From: Ramazzottius varieornatus
Taxonomy: Eukaryota; Animalia; Tardigrada
Direction: 5' to 3'
Assembly: GCA_001949185.1 (NCBI GenBank)
Contig: BDGG01000006.1
Location: 1,408,827 to 1,472,826 of the forward strand
DNA length: 64,000 nt
A model generated the notes under the pieces. That model was not told where the DNA came from and made no database searches. It saw only the letters and a list, made by a program, of their open reading frames with translations. The position numbers were made by a program, and so were the translations under genes. How positions within the stretch are numbered: the stretch's first letter is position 1; each line of letters begins with the position of its first letter. This document shows, in pieces, positions 24,301 to 37,113 of this stretch.

Positions 24301-27300
24301 TACACAAGATCGTTTTCCCAAGCGGCTCCATTGTCTTTAGTTGGCGGTGTGCGCCACATAAGATAGCCATTTGGTCTGTTCCGTTTGAAGGCCTCTCATT
24401 TTGTACGTGTAATCAGTATTGGTGAATGTTCCCCAGATTTGCTTCGGATGATCAGTGTCTGAAGAAGTGCGGTTCGGAAGCGCCTCGCACCGACATCTGC
24501 ACAATGGATAAGGCTGAAGGCAACTGCAAGGACTATTACCCGCGCTGGTACTTTGACCGCGACTCCCGCACTTGCCAGCAGTTCATCTACACCGGCTGCA
24601 ACGGTAACGAGAACCGCTTCGATACCCAAGAGGACTGCGAGAATGGATGTCGTCGCTGGGTGTACCAACCACCGCCACCCGAAGTCCGTCCGCCCGAGTA
24701 CCCGCATACGCCCGAACAGGACCCACGACATGCCCATTGCTTCTTGAGCAGTGAACGAGGGACCTGTGAGAGCAACTTGCCCAGGTGGTTCTACGATAGC
24801 TCCGATGGTGTCTGCAAGAGGTTCTTGTTCTCGGGATGTGGTGGAAACAGCAACAACTTCGAGACGCAGGTCGACTGCATCAATGACTGCTCTCGCGCGC
24901 AAGGTGGGTGGCACAATAGCAAATTATACTGTAGCATCATCGAGACAGGTCTGCGAATATGACAGAAGCTAACTGTGAAAGATTGGCGAATTTGTAGAAC
25001 GAATTTGCACAAAACAATTTCGTTTGTTTCCCCATTTTATTGGAGATAACATTGATATCAACAGTTGAACATGCCATGTGATTGTTATTGGTATCGTGGG
25101 ATATTTTGCGAATGAGTGGGTCTTGAATATATTTCGTCGATAGCAGTGTTTCTCTTTCAATATACAGTTTGTTTTGGGAAAATTTGTTTACTGATTACTA
25201 TATTGATCTGGAAGCGATGGCTATTGCACGTTCTTCCGTTTATTCATGCCTCGTCCTTTTCGGGACTTGTTGTCTTCTGATCGCCGTCATTCTGCTGCAC
25301 CATTATCATCCCTTTTTATTTCTAGATGTCTGCACGCTACCCAAAGTCATCGGACCATGCCGGGGTGCCTTCAACGTTTATTACTACGACATCTACGAGC
25401 GGAAGTGCCAGCAATTCACTTATGGAGGCTGTCAAGGCAATGGAAACCGCTTCCAGAGCAGTGAGGAATGTGAAAGAAACTGTAGTCGTTTGTACGAACC
25501 ACCCACTCCGCCATCCTACGAGGTCGTGCCTCACACCGTTGAACCGCAAGTTGTCCGACCATCCGCCATCTCACCCGACCAAAACCCATACCTCGGTATG
25601 CCCTGAAAAACTAGTCTAATAATACGTTTTTTATTTTATCTGGAACGTCGGCAATGGATTCACCCAGATGGTTTTCTTCCCAAGTGGCGTAGACTCTCGA
25701 GCAATGGCAGTGGTATCGCGCGCCACTTGAAATAACAATCTGGACGAAAGCATTTGCCGAGGTCTCCTTTGTGTATATTCGCTAACTTGTTTGATTGCTT
25801 TGTAGCCATCTGCAGCATGGGCGTGGACGTGGGTGCTTGCGACGAACGCATTCCCCGGTACTACTACGACATTTCCCAAGGCAAATGCTTGTCCTTCACC
25901 TACACCGGCTGTGGCGGAAACCAGAATCACTTCCATACTACCGAACAATGCGAAGGCTTCTGTGCACAATGTAAGTTGCCCTTCCTCAACGAACCATGGT
26001 CTAACAGAAAGTACGTAATTTTTCCTTGGGTGTTTTGTAGTCGGAGTCGGGTGTCCAGTTCGAAGTTGCGACAACCAGTGCCCATATGGCTACGAGAACG
26101 ATGGTAGCTCTTGCCCGACTTGCCGTTGCCGCGAACCTTGCCGCGATGTCCAGTGTCCAGCCTACGCCATCTGCCAAGTGACGACGCTGCCAAATGGCGA
26201 GCATGTCGGCACGTGTGCATCTCGACGTAAGTAACCTCTCTCGCAAATAAATTGTGAACACTAGATCGGTGATTTCGAAGCCGGTATTACGCACCCCATT
26301 TAAAAACCCAAAAATTATTCTGCATACGTTTGGTAAAAAGGCTCAAAGCGCTGAACTGACCTGGAACGTACTATGTATAATTCTTATCAATAACTGACAA
26401 AGTAACTGCCCGATTAAGTATCCAGCGGAGTTCTCTGAGCGTTTTTTCTACATTTATTTAAGCGATGTCCTTCTATCGCTCGTCAGATATCGGATGATAA
26501 ACAGCAGGATGACACACTGAATCATTCTTGACTTCTTTATTTTTACAGTGGAGCGACCAGGAACTTGCCCGTCCTTGGAGGATATCCCACCTGGTTCGTG
26601 CACACGCCAGTGCGGGACCGACAATGACTGCCGCGGAAGCCAGAAGTGCTGCTCGAACGGCTGCGGTAGCGAATGCATGACACCATCCGAACTTGGTACG
26701 AGAAACTTCCCATGCAACCCCAACCTACCTTTTCCTCCTATTTGAAGCCAATAAGACCACTTCTTTGCTTTTTTATTTTGTAGTCGAACAGCCATTGACA
26801 TCTGCAGTTCAGCCCCCACCACCACCTTTCCGCGAACCACCCGTTGGAAATGGCCGTACGTAGTCATCAAACGCTACCTCGATATGGCAGCTCGGCAAGA
26901 AAGCTTGAAAAGATTGTTTTCTCTAGTGGCGCACATTTACGGTGTAATTCACCGAAAGTGTGCGCTACTTGAAAAGACGATCTTGTGGTGTTTGTTTGCC
27001 AAGCTCCTCTGTGTTGTCCGCTTGTCTGTACTAAGTTAAGTTCACCTTGTGGAATCACGTGGTGTGTTTTTTAGCCTATGCGGCTTACATAACTCCCGGT
27101 CCTCGCGATCTTCGTGGCGAACCAGGGCAGACACTCACTCTACCTTGCCAAGCCCATGGCGAACCCGAGCCACAGGTCTTCTGGCAGCACAATAATGATA
27201 CCATCCGGCACGATGATGTGCATTACGTCCAGCGCCACCATGATCTGATCATTCAGGGTCTTAATGCTCATGACGCCGGTCATTATGTCTGTACCGCTAA

Positions 27301-29038
27301 TAACGGTATCGGCCCGTCTGCGGAATCACATATCCACCTCAATATCGAATGTGAGTTTTAGGAACCATTTTTGCCGTCCGTCTGAAAGCGGAAATAATCG
27401 TAGAAAAAATCTTTGAATCAGTCTGAGTGTTTACATGAAACACACCGAATTTAACATCGAGGACCGAAGGGAAATTCTAGGTGTACATCGGTGTTGATTC
27501 CATTTTTTCCCCTCAGCGGTCGTCAAAATTGACGGGGACGATATGGTAGTGAACGTTCGGCTTGGTGATCGAGCTATCCTCAAATGCAAAGCACATGGCG
27601 CTCCTGAACCAAGAATCAGCTGGAGTAAAGGTTAGCTCGTAAAGCTCAAATTTTACCGTTAGGCAATACGCTGACACCAAGATGCTTTTGTAGGAGCGGA
27701 AAACCTCAACCAGGAATCGGGCAAGTACCGACAAGTGGGCGACGGTTCCCTCATCATCGAAGGTGTTCAGTACGATGACCAGAGTGTCTACGTCTGCTCA
27801 GCTGACAACGGCATCCATTCGCCGGCTGTCAAGAACGTCGTTCTGAGAGTGCACGGTAACTTTTACTCATTTTTTTTATTCGGATCTACCGTGTTTCACT
27901 TTGCTTTTTCCCTTCAACAGAGGATATCAAGGCTCAGATTGTGGCGCAGTCACAAAACTACCAGTCCGGTTCAACAGTAAGACTAGACTGCCGAGCCAGC
28001 GGCTATCCACAACCACGAGTCCGCTGGTACGTCAACGCCCAAGAAGTCGTCTCGGACGGCGACCGTTCACAAGTCTTCTCCAACGGTACCCTCATCATCA
28101 AGAAACTCCGCGCCGCCGACGCTGGCGTCTATCAATGTCAAGCCGGCAACGAACACACAACGGCTAGCGATTCTCTCCGCATCTTCGTTACGGGTGAGTT
28201 CTTAGTGACCTTACTATTTGATTATCGGAATATCGTAGAAAATATTCCAGTGTTTCCGCGTGCCTTTCTCCGCTATAGAAATTACGGCATAATTCGCGGC
28301 TTAATTTGGCCGGAAATTGAGTGTGAAGAGTACACGCACGACGAGATATTACGGGCTAGTAAAAATTACGGGCCAGGCGGAAAAGACGGCAAATTTACAA
28401 TTTGTATGGAAGTCAGAAACAGAAATCGCACAAATGACGTAACGTAGTAAAATTCAACCGTAGAAAATTGTCATGGACAGTGGCCATCAGCTCATCAGCT
28501 GTATTACTCTGACGCTTCGATGCTGCTGTCGACTTTCTCCCGGAGGCCGGAGAAGCCTTAGAATAGTTTAAACTGTTGAAGGTATAGTGAAGATCCGACT
28601 GCGATAACATTATCAATATTATGACAAGCTTTAGCTCCTCGGCCCAATATCCAGCACGCACGTACAGCAGTGCAGCCTTCGATGTGGTTTTTACGTGAAG
28701 CAAGAATCAGCTGCCCGTGCCGTCGTAGCGAAAAGGCCTGGTCCGTAATTTTTACTGGCCCGTAATATCTCGTCGTGCGTGTAGCTTGAGAAAAGTTTTC
28801 TGGCTTACTTGAATCATTTTTTATTGTAGGTGCAAGCATGTCTCAAGATTGTACGGACAACGAATACTACGCCAACTGCAAGCTGGTGGTCGTGGCCGAG
28901 CTGTGCAGCAACCAATATTACTCCAAGTTCTGCTGTAAGTCCTGCACGGAAGCCGGCCAGATGCGCAAAGCTCGAGAAGCAGACTTGCCACGCAAACAAC
29001 GCAGAAGGCGGGAGAGCCTTGCGCTCTCGATGCTGTAA
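18366..29038 (+). CDS. Ppn: Papilin (ADAMTS-like extracellular matrix glycoprotein), many exons
   Basis: Signal peptide; TSP1 ([17 protein letters not shown]); Cys-rich and ADAMTS spacer ([16 protein letters not shown]); further TSP1 repeats; GCCPD lagrin-type repeats; 7 Kunitz domains; antistasin-like module; WAP (QKCCSNGCG); 3 Ig domains; C-terminal PLAC ([32 protein letters not shown]). GT-AG junctions are consistent where checked. Confidence 0.95.
19404..19568. mobile_element. MITE (CACG[C/T]AC-TIR family) in a papilin intron
   Basis: TA-CACGCACCAAGAGAAAGTCT ... AGACTTTCTCTTCGTACGTG; internal TCAACCGTAGAAAATTGTC is shared with the 28333 and 43443 copies. Confidence 0.65.
22731..22804. 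repeat. ~80-bp GTGGCGCAC hairpin family copy (papilin intron)
   Basis: GATTGTTATCACAAGTGGCGCAC...GTGTCGCCACTTGAGAAAG. Confidence 0.7.
25664..25743. repeat. ~80-bp GTGGCGCAC hairpin family copy (papilin intron)
   Basis: CCAGATGGTTTT..CAAGTGGCG...CGCCACTTGAAATAACAATCTGG. Confidence 0.7.
26909..26985. repeat. ~80-bp GTGGCGCAC hairpin family copy (papilin intron)
   Basis: AAGATTGTTTTCTCTAGTGGCGCAC...GTGCGCTACTTGAAAAGACGATCTTG. Confidence 0.7.
28333..28781. mobile_element. 449-bp MITE with ~45-bp TIRs and TA TSD in the last papilin intron
   Basis: TA-CACGCACGACGAGATATTACGGGCTAGTAAAAATTACGGGCCAGG ... CCTGGTCCGTAATTTTTACTGGCCCGTAATATCTCGTCGTGCGTG-TA (2 mismatches). Confidence 0.9.
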
Positions 29039-29150
29039 CTCTTTGAACTGATGGATTTGTAATAAGTATGTAACTGGTCGTTAGCGAGCATCTTTAGCAG
29101 TCGGCTTACTTTGCATTTACTGATCACTTTGGGGTTAGACCTCGCATGGT

Positions 29151-29156
29151 AATAAA
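29151..29156 (+). promoter_or_regulatory. Candidate polyadenylation signal of papilin
   Basis: AATAAA ~110 nt after the stop codon. Confidence 0.45.
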
Positions 29157-30626
29157 TGAAGCTGCGTGGACGATAATAGGAGGGCGACGTTAAACTCACT
29201 CAGTTGGAAGCGATCATGTTGTTTATCTTGATATTTTAGGACATTTTAAATTACTAAATGATTCAAACCACGTGTTTTTGCTGTATTATGAATGATGCCA
29301 AGCCATAAAGGTTGCGCAGAAAATCACCGCTGATCATCACACCGCAAACTGGGCGTTGGACCAGAAGCGAACTTTAACATGGAGATGGAAACCACAGTGG
29401 GAAAAGTACGCTGGATTTTTTTTGAGGATGAGTTCGAACGTTGGCGGAAATAGTGCTCGAATCCGGTGTTTGGTCGATCACGTCAATCCATCGGATGTTC
29501 GGTCAGTCGGTCAATCGTATCATCACCATCTTCCGGCGCACGACTAGGCACAACTCAGGCGCGCCGCCCGACACTCCCCTTCTGTCATCTCAATCACACT
29601 CAAATCAACGCAAGAAAAAGCAAAAGAGGAAATGTACCATACTGAGTTGCTTTTGATGAAAATGTAATGAGTTATGATATGGTTTTTTCAGCTGGAAATG
29701 GCATATTGCTGTTCGCGCTGTGTCTTGCTTCCACTCAAAATATTATGAGTCTGAGACAACACTGCGCTGATGAGCTTTGACACCAACTGAGCCCTCTAAT
29801 GGCTTATTGACCACTATACGGCTGTTTCGTGGCAGAAACTGCACCCTTGGTAATAGCCAGTTTTTTCCGCGAACCCAGGAAGATTTCCTGCTGGTAGGGC
29901 GGTCGTGGCACTGTTTCTTACTACTGTACATTAGCGCCGCGTACATTTCATCGCATGACGTGCATTTGCGCTATGCTCGCTCACTTACTTTATTCTTTGT
30001 CTAGGCGAAAGTAAAATTGGGGACCAACAAACTACACATCTTTGAAGTTTACGAATGTGACACAAAAACGGGCTGATTGATGAGCATCATGCAAAGTTGA
30101 GGAAGCTCCCGACTCCTCATGACACCTTCAGGCCATGAAAGACTTGTTTCTTTGTTGTGGTGCTTTGCTGTAAAACAAAGGAATAAACACTTCCTGTGCG
30201 CAGCATGCTAAGGTACCAACTACGCCGAAAGCCCCAGCCTTGAGGACAAGATTGGCGGAGACGAACAGATAATCATAGTGGTATGAACAGCAACACGCTG
30301 CACTAGGAAATTATATTGAAACGGCGAAACCTCACCTGTTAACGATTGAAGTGTCGAAACATCAGCGTTACACGACTCGTGTGACATGAGCGGAAGAACT
30401 CACCTATCCTACTCCCATGCCCGTCGTCCTCATTTTCTTCCTCCAGTGGACGACACATCCTGTAATATTACGAAATTCGCGGATGTGACGATGTGGGAAA
30501 GTCGGAGCTTTTAAGTACGGGCTCGTCAAGCTTGCGGAAGCGCTTATCGTCAGTCGATTGCTGTGAGTCGATTGCTGTGAGTGGCTGGCTGTCTATCGAT
30601 GGCTCGGGAAGAGTGTAAAAGCGAGA

Positions 30627-30806
30627 GAAGGAAGAGAAAAGGAAGAGTGTAACGGAACAGATGCCGATCTCTCTACTTACACCCATCTTGCCAATTGCGC
30701 AGACTCCTCCGGTACGGAAGGAAGAGAAAAGGAAGAGTGTAACGGAGCAGATGCCGATCTCTCCACTTACACCCATCTTGCCAATAGCGCAGACTCCTCC
30801 GGTACG
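30627..30806. repeat. Direct tandem duplication, 2 x 90 bp
   Basis: 30627-30716 and 30717-30806 differ at about 3 positions (GAAGGAAGAGAAAAGGAAGAGTGTAACGGA...CCTCCGGTACG). Confidence 0.9.
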
Positions 30807-32001
30807 CGTTTGAGCGTACGAGTATGTACCGAAAAAGCCGTCGGATGATGATAAGCTGTTTGCGGTCGGCAATTACGCACTGGGTTTCCGCCTATCTCCG
30901 CGTTGATTCCACGCACTTCAGCATCAGTAGCCGTGTTTAACATGAAAACATTTGTCGTGGACAACTCAAAGCTAATCTGATGCCCTTGATTCCTTCCTGC
31001 ATCTCCCCCCCATTGAACTCCATTTGGATATACAGTGCTTGAACAACTCGTTTTGCAAACCTGCATACTCGCGAAAAACCGATTGCTCAATTCAAAATTG
31101 TACCGACATCGTTTCATCTCGGTGGCATATTACAATTGGTAAGGAAGTTTGCTATTTAAGGTGAGCTCGATTCCTGTTTCTCGCTCAAAAGTGTATTTTT
31201 GCCTGAAGGTACGATGTGTAAACCGAGGTATTTCAACTAATACTGGCAGAAGTGTCCTAGCGGCATCTTTAAACTCGCTCATTACAATCTTGATTATAAC
31301 TTTTATTATTTTGACATCAGAATGTGTAAACTAGGTGGGTCAAAAGACCAGGAAGTACTTTCAGATTTAACCGCGTATCAGGCGTCCTTGATGAGACCAG
31401 CTGTTTTTATCGTGCGCCACTTCCACCAGTTTATGCACTTCAGATGATTGGCCCGTTACGATTGTATGCCTTTGCCGCTTGACGTTTACATCAAGTGGCG
31501 TTGTTGTCTTGATTGGTGGTCAACAATTACAGTTGAAATGCGCTTCGTTACCACTTCTTTCCCAACTCAACTCACAGACACGCTTCTTCACTTAGCACCG
31601 GCGCCGGCGTTTTAAGCCTGTAACTTTCGACCGTGCCCTGGTGCCGAGTATGTACTGCAAAATTGACTGTCCGGTGGGGTTACGAAATGTCCATGTGACG
31701 GAGGATTTTTCCCTCAGTTGGGAAGATTCTGAAATTTCATCCCACCAGCTAACCAGTGTGAGATCTTCTTCACGACAAAGCTACCATTTCCTGGTGGCAA
31801 GCCAAGATCTTTAGCGAGTGGCACGTAATGTATCGACTTTCTTTTGATGTGTCCGGAAATACATTCATGACAATTCACAATTAGGAAGACGGCATATCAC
31901 TTCTGTGAGGAAAGAGTGTTTTTATTATGCCATGAATTATGAGCCAGGCCGTCACTTTGCCTCTGCTGTCAGTCTTTGAAGGTCGGGACTGCAACGAATA
32001 A

Positions 32002-32145
32002 GGGAGCATTCATTCATGACGTCAGGTTTGATATTAGGAGGCCTGGCCATCCCCCTTCCCATGTCAGGCAATTAAAGCAATCAACTGGCTTTTATAACAT
32101 TACTCATCCTTCCCTGGGTACCTGACGTCAGTAATGAATGCTCCC
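32002..32145. mobile_element. Tourist/PIF-Harbinger-type MITE, 144 bp, TAA TSD
   Basis: TAA-GGGAGCATTCATTCATGACGTCAGG ... CCTGACGTCAGTAATGAATGCTCCC-TAA; 25-bp TIR with 2 mismatches and a 3-bp TAA duplication. Confidence 0.85.
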
Positions 32146-32687
32146 TAAAGAGAACAAGAACTCGGACCGACGATGGCCGGCCTTGACGTGAGGGAAACTG
32201 CCAGACTGTTGCTACACTGTTGCTATCCATTTGTGCTCCTTCAAACATTACGCCGACGAAAGTGGCGACATTTAGACAGGAAAGACTAATGGACAGACCA
32301 TATTTGACATGAAGTAATATCAGCTGACGGACCCACTCAATCATGGCCGCTTCTTCATCTATTGCCGATTTTTTCCGTTCGGCTCGGATTAACTGAAGCA
32401 CAGTGTAAGTCTTTCAAGGCTGGAGCATACCCACGCAAAGTTACTTTAGTCGTGGATGATAACGGGGCCAATTTTCCTTTCGCGTGTTTCAACAACATTA
32501 GCCACGCAACTTATCCACTGTCAGTGTACATATAACGCTTGCTAATGGTCATCCCTTGCTAAGACTCATCCTCCTGATTGTCCATTTCGCAAACAACGGC
32601 ACGCCACAAACGGAATGTCATTTAACTTATGTTCAAGGAATCATAGTAGGCATTAGTCTGGAGGCTATACCGCTGTTCTTCGAAGGC

Positions 32688-32823
32688 AAATCGCTTTTTC
32701 ATGTGGTGCACGCTTCCTGCCAATAACAACAAAAGGTGCGCCACGTGGAGATCAATTATGGCGGTTTCTTCAGATGGCGCATTTTTCCGTGATTGTTGGC
32801 TGGCGGTGTGCGCCACTTGGAGG
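32688..32823. repeat. Two adjacent copies of the ~80-bp GTGGCGCAC hairpin family, loops in opposite orientation
   Basis: ATGTGGTGCAC..GCCAATAAC..GTGCGCCACG followed by AGATGGCGCA..GTTGGCTG..GTGCGCCACTTG. Confidence 0.65.
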
Positions 32824-34798
32824 AACTGTTGCTGTCACATCTCCCAGAAGAGCTCATGTACCTCGAAACTGGTCTGGTTTGGCGAACTAATTACATTTAT
32901 CCCTTTGGGCAAAGCTCAGGCCGGTTTTGCAATAGGCTATTTTCGTAAAACTGGAAAATCAAGACATCGTTAAACGGTCGTTTGTGGTAAGAGCTGCCAA
33001 AGTGGGTTCGCATCGGTTTCTACTCCTGGTTAAAGTATAGGTTATTGCGTTACAGGAACAATAAGAAACACAGTGCCGCCAGTTGTTGTTTTTGGTGGTG
33101 TTGAGTAACGGACTGGAAACTTTGTGGTATGAAGGTCGCCAGCTGATTTCCTACGCCTAATGTTCCCGATACATTGGTTGTGAATTAGTGACACTCGGTT
33201 GGTTTCAGCAGAGAATAGATGAAGTTGCGTGACCGTCACGATAGTGGCGACGTTAATGGTCATCCCTCGGGACCCGGACGATGTGTTGAAAAGACTCGGA
33301 GGATGTATGTGATGTGTATCTATGAGTGTAATTCAAAATGGACCAAAGTAGCGTGCAGGCTGGTCTATCCCGTCAGATCAATATTTAACTATCCGCCAGG
33401 AAGCAGGCTCGTAAGTCCGTAACGATGCATCAACGAACGTTGAATTATCAAATCAAGCGTTAAGATCCCTCAACGATCGGTCTCCTATCTGTTCTCCAGC
33501 TCACACGAAGTTTACGGTGCGATAAACTCCGCTAAATATTTTTACCATCTTCGGACACTTTTCTGTCTCGCTCCAGATCGGTGGATGAGCATATTGCGAC
33601 CTCAGTATCAATCGACGAAAAATTATTATAGCGCCCTCTGAGTTTTCCTGGGTTGAAACTTTTTCATTGACTGGTTCCAGTGTGGCTCGGAGAAACAAGG
33701 TCAGAGATCTGGAAGTTAAAAATTTTAATGTTTTTCCACAAAACACACTTTTCGAGATAAGTCCGGCCTCGCTGCAACATCGACACTGCGGGATCGTCAG
33801 AAGATAGCAGGACAAGACCATTCGAAATTTATATCGAAGACCTAACACAAGCTTGCGATGGGAATTTTAGCCGCCGCTGCAGAGGACGCCCTTGTCAATC
33901 TCAATCGAGATTAAGTTTTTGTGTTGGATGATTCGTGTTGGATGATCGCTTCCGCTTCCCAAACATCCGAAGCTTAGCTTCACTCTACGGGTGGCCACTT
34001 GTGATCCCCACCGATCTGAATGTTTCGTGAAGCCATTGTCTACATCGGATACGGTTTGCCTTTGGGATCTCTCGAAATAGCCGGGATTATCTGGATCTGC
34101 GACTGACAGTGTTCTTAATTTTCGTGGCTGACGTCAGGGAACGCATCTTGAGTGAGCTCCATGCTGAGTAAGACCAAGGAAGTGTCCTTGAATTATGTAC
34201 GCTTAATCTAACATATGATCTCACGCAGGGAAAGCCCAAGAACTCTGTCGTATGGATTGTGGTTATAGCTTTGCTTCCTGCGAACCTTCATGCATTAGTA
34301 ATGATAAGCCAAGCTGGCTTCTGGCAGCTCATCAACTGGGTTCACCGGTAATGGCCAATGAACCTTCTCTCGATGGCTTCTGGGTGGGGTTAAGTGAGAC
34401 TTGTTCCACGCACACGCGTAATAGCTTTTGGATCAGGCATACTGTAAATAATCGCTGCATCCGCGCAGTCGTACTCGTACGCAACGATGCACCCCCGCAG
34501 GGGGTTGCGCATTCCGTGAAACTGAACTGGGGCTGTACTTCACTTTTACGATGACGTGCTGCGCGGACGTAGCGAATATTTACCGTACCTCGTGAAAATG
34601 TTCTCTGGATTTACGGCCTTGTGATATAATTGGAAATTTACACGTATATCTCTGGTTTGCCTTCACAGGTATGCTACCGGGGTTCAGAACACACCGAAGT
34701 GATTGACAGAGGGATGTGTCCGCTTCTCACGAAGCTGTGTACTGATGGATACACTGTAATATTCTGCGGTATTTCATCTACGAAGAATTTGTGGCATT

Positions 34799-36554
34799 AT
34801 GGATACGACTCCGTTACCGTGGTGGGACAGTGAACCCGATCTTCAGCCAGGAAGTGCGCCAGTTGATCCGTGGCTGGACGATGTTCCAACGAAGAGGATA
34901 CCGGGCTGGCCGACGAGCACGTTTTATTCTGTGCTGGAGACAACGGACAACATGATTACCACGACGGAGGGCTTCTTGATGAAGAATGGATCGAGGGGTG
35001 GCGTGGGTGGGAATGTCACGTCAAGTGTTGCAAGAGGGAGCTTGTCAAATGAAGTCCTCCAACAAATTGCTATCATGTCTTTCTTCATGACTGTCGCCTT
35101 GCTGGGCAATACCGTCGTCCTGGCATATCTCTGCAAAACTCATGGAGGCAAGCGACCTGTCACCATTTTCGTCATGTCGCTGGCCATAAGTAAGACCATA
35201 CCTAAAACTCAGCTCAAGAAAAAGCAGTCTTTGCAATTCCGCCGAACCAATGCTGAAGTTATAATAATGTTAGAATTGAGATTCTGAATGCTTTTTTGCC
35301 AAAGTGAACAGCTATAAAGTCATTCCTTTGCGCAGTATTTTATGGTTTTTCCTGGCAGAAAGAACGGTTCTAAAAGCAGGTTTTCATCTGTTTTCTTTTC
35401 GCAGCGGATATTTGTATAGCACTGTTTTCCATGTCAACCGAGATCCTCTGGGAAGCCTTCGGTGAATGGATCTTCGGGAATTTTACCTGCAAGCTGTCGA
35501 CCTACGTCCAGTGCCTGCTGTTTGCTAGTACAGCTTTCATATTAATGAGTATGAGTTTCGACCGGTACGAAGCCATCTGCAAGCCCATGGCCTTCACGCG
35601 AACTCTGTCTCGCAGCCGCAGGATGGTGCTGCTGTCGTGGATGCTGGCGGCCATCGTCGCTATCCCCCAAATATTCATCTTCCTACAGGTACAGACCATT
35701 TGAGCTAGTTCCACACGGTACAATATCCCAGCAGCGAGCGATTCGTGTTTGTCGTTTGACACCTGCATGCATATAGCAACGCAGTTAATCGTAGAAAATT
35801 GGTCTGGAATGGCCATGGTCCCGTTTTATATTCACCTTTGAACCTGCTATACGAAGACAAACCCTGTTGATAAGCATCTGGAAAGTGTTGAAACGTCTTT
35901 CTGCAGGTGACAGTAGGGGAACACGAAGATGGTACTCCGAAGTACGCTTGCAAGTCCAAAGGTTACACCGCCGAATGGCAGCGGAAGCTCTACGTCACAT
36001 GGCTAGCCAGCTACGTCTTCGTCATCCCCCTCTGCTTCGTAGCTTACTGTTACATCCGCATCGCCATGGTCATTTGGCGCACCACGAACCAGCCCAGTCT
36101 CGGTCGGTCCAAGAACATCCGGCGTCCCAACGGTGCCATCACAGTCGACGGGTCCGTCGAAAAAGCCAAGACTCGCACCGTCCAAATTACCATCTGTATC
36201 CTGTCCTGCTACATCTTTTGTTGGACACCGTACTTCTCCGTCACTCTGCTCAACGTGTGGACCAACTACCGCTACAAGGACTATATCCCACCGGCTGTCC
36301 GCATGATGGCCCAGTGTCTGGCCTGGTTCTCTAGCTGTGTCAACCCCTTCATCTACGCCATCTTCAATATGCCCGTCAAAGCCATGTTCAACCGCTGTCG
36401 GGCAGGCAGTGCTCAACAAAAACCCTTGCCGAATCATTCGACACAAAATGGAACCTTGAGTAACCGAAGCTCGGTCTTGGGAGCTGCGCCGCATGAGACC
36501 AAGCCGTTGAGGAACATGAGAGCAGCCTTGGCGACGAACCACAAGACCTCATAA
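34799..36554 (+). CDS. Neuropeptide GPCR of the vasopressin/CCAP-NPS/GnRH superfamily, join(34799..35189,35405..35688,35907..36554), 440 aa
   Basis: LLGN, SLAITD, WIFGNFTCK, MSFDRYEAICKPM, IPQIFIF, YVTW..YVFVIP..CYIRI, AKTRTV, CWTPYF, SCVNPFIY. Splice phases 1 and 0 are consistent; 1323 nt in total. Confidence 0.9.
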
Positions 36555-37113
36555 AATTTGACCGTACCGGATGAATGAATTTCTCGGATGATCAACCTGT
36601 CCTGAAATCTTACTGTACATGGAGCACGCTTACGACATTGTGTGTAGCAAGCGTTCTGATCCGTAAGTGCCACTGTGAAAGAATTTGATTTTAATCGAGT
36701 TTCGAATGTCTAGAACGACATGTTGAATAACGGATAAAAATTCGTTGAGACTATAAAACGTTTGAAAAACGCGTAAAAGATGAAATGGGAGGTAGCAAGA
36801 TGTGCAGCAAAAATAAAGAAGAGTTCAACATCTCATATTTGGTTCCATGCAGTCCAGTTTGCTTTCCACGCAACAAACTAGAAAATATTACTATGGTCTT
36901 CCGGATCGCCAAGTCAGCTTTTCCACAGCGAAAAAAGAAGGGCCAAACATCAACAAGGAAAAGCCATCTTGCAACAAAAAAAGTGTGCCGGGTAGTCTTT
37001 TCATCTTTCAACCTCTATCGACCGGTTCCAGTACTTGCCACAATCCTGATACGCATGGCAGGTCCGCCCACTGCAGCGCCCTCTGGTGCCGAAGAATCGT
37101 CAGCCACCATCGA

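Noticed and set aside
22267-24914. Several 140-170 aa minus-strand ORFs
   Set aside because: Antisense to papilin exons.
35867-36542. 155-aa alternative-frame and 179-aa antisense ORFs
   Set aside because: They overlap the GPCR third exon, a codon-bias artefact.
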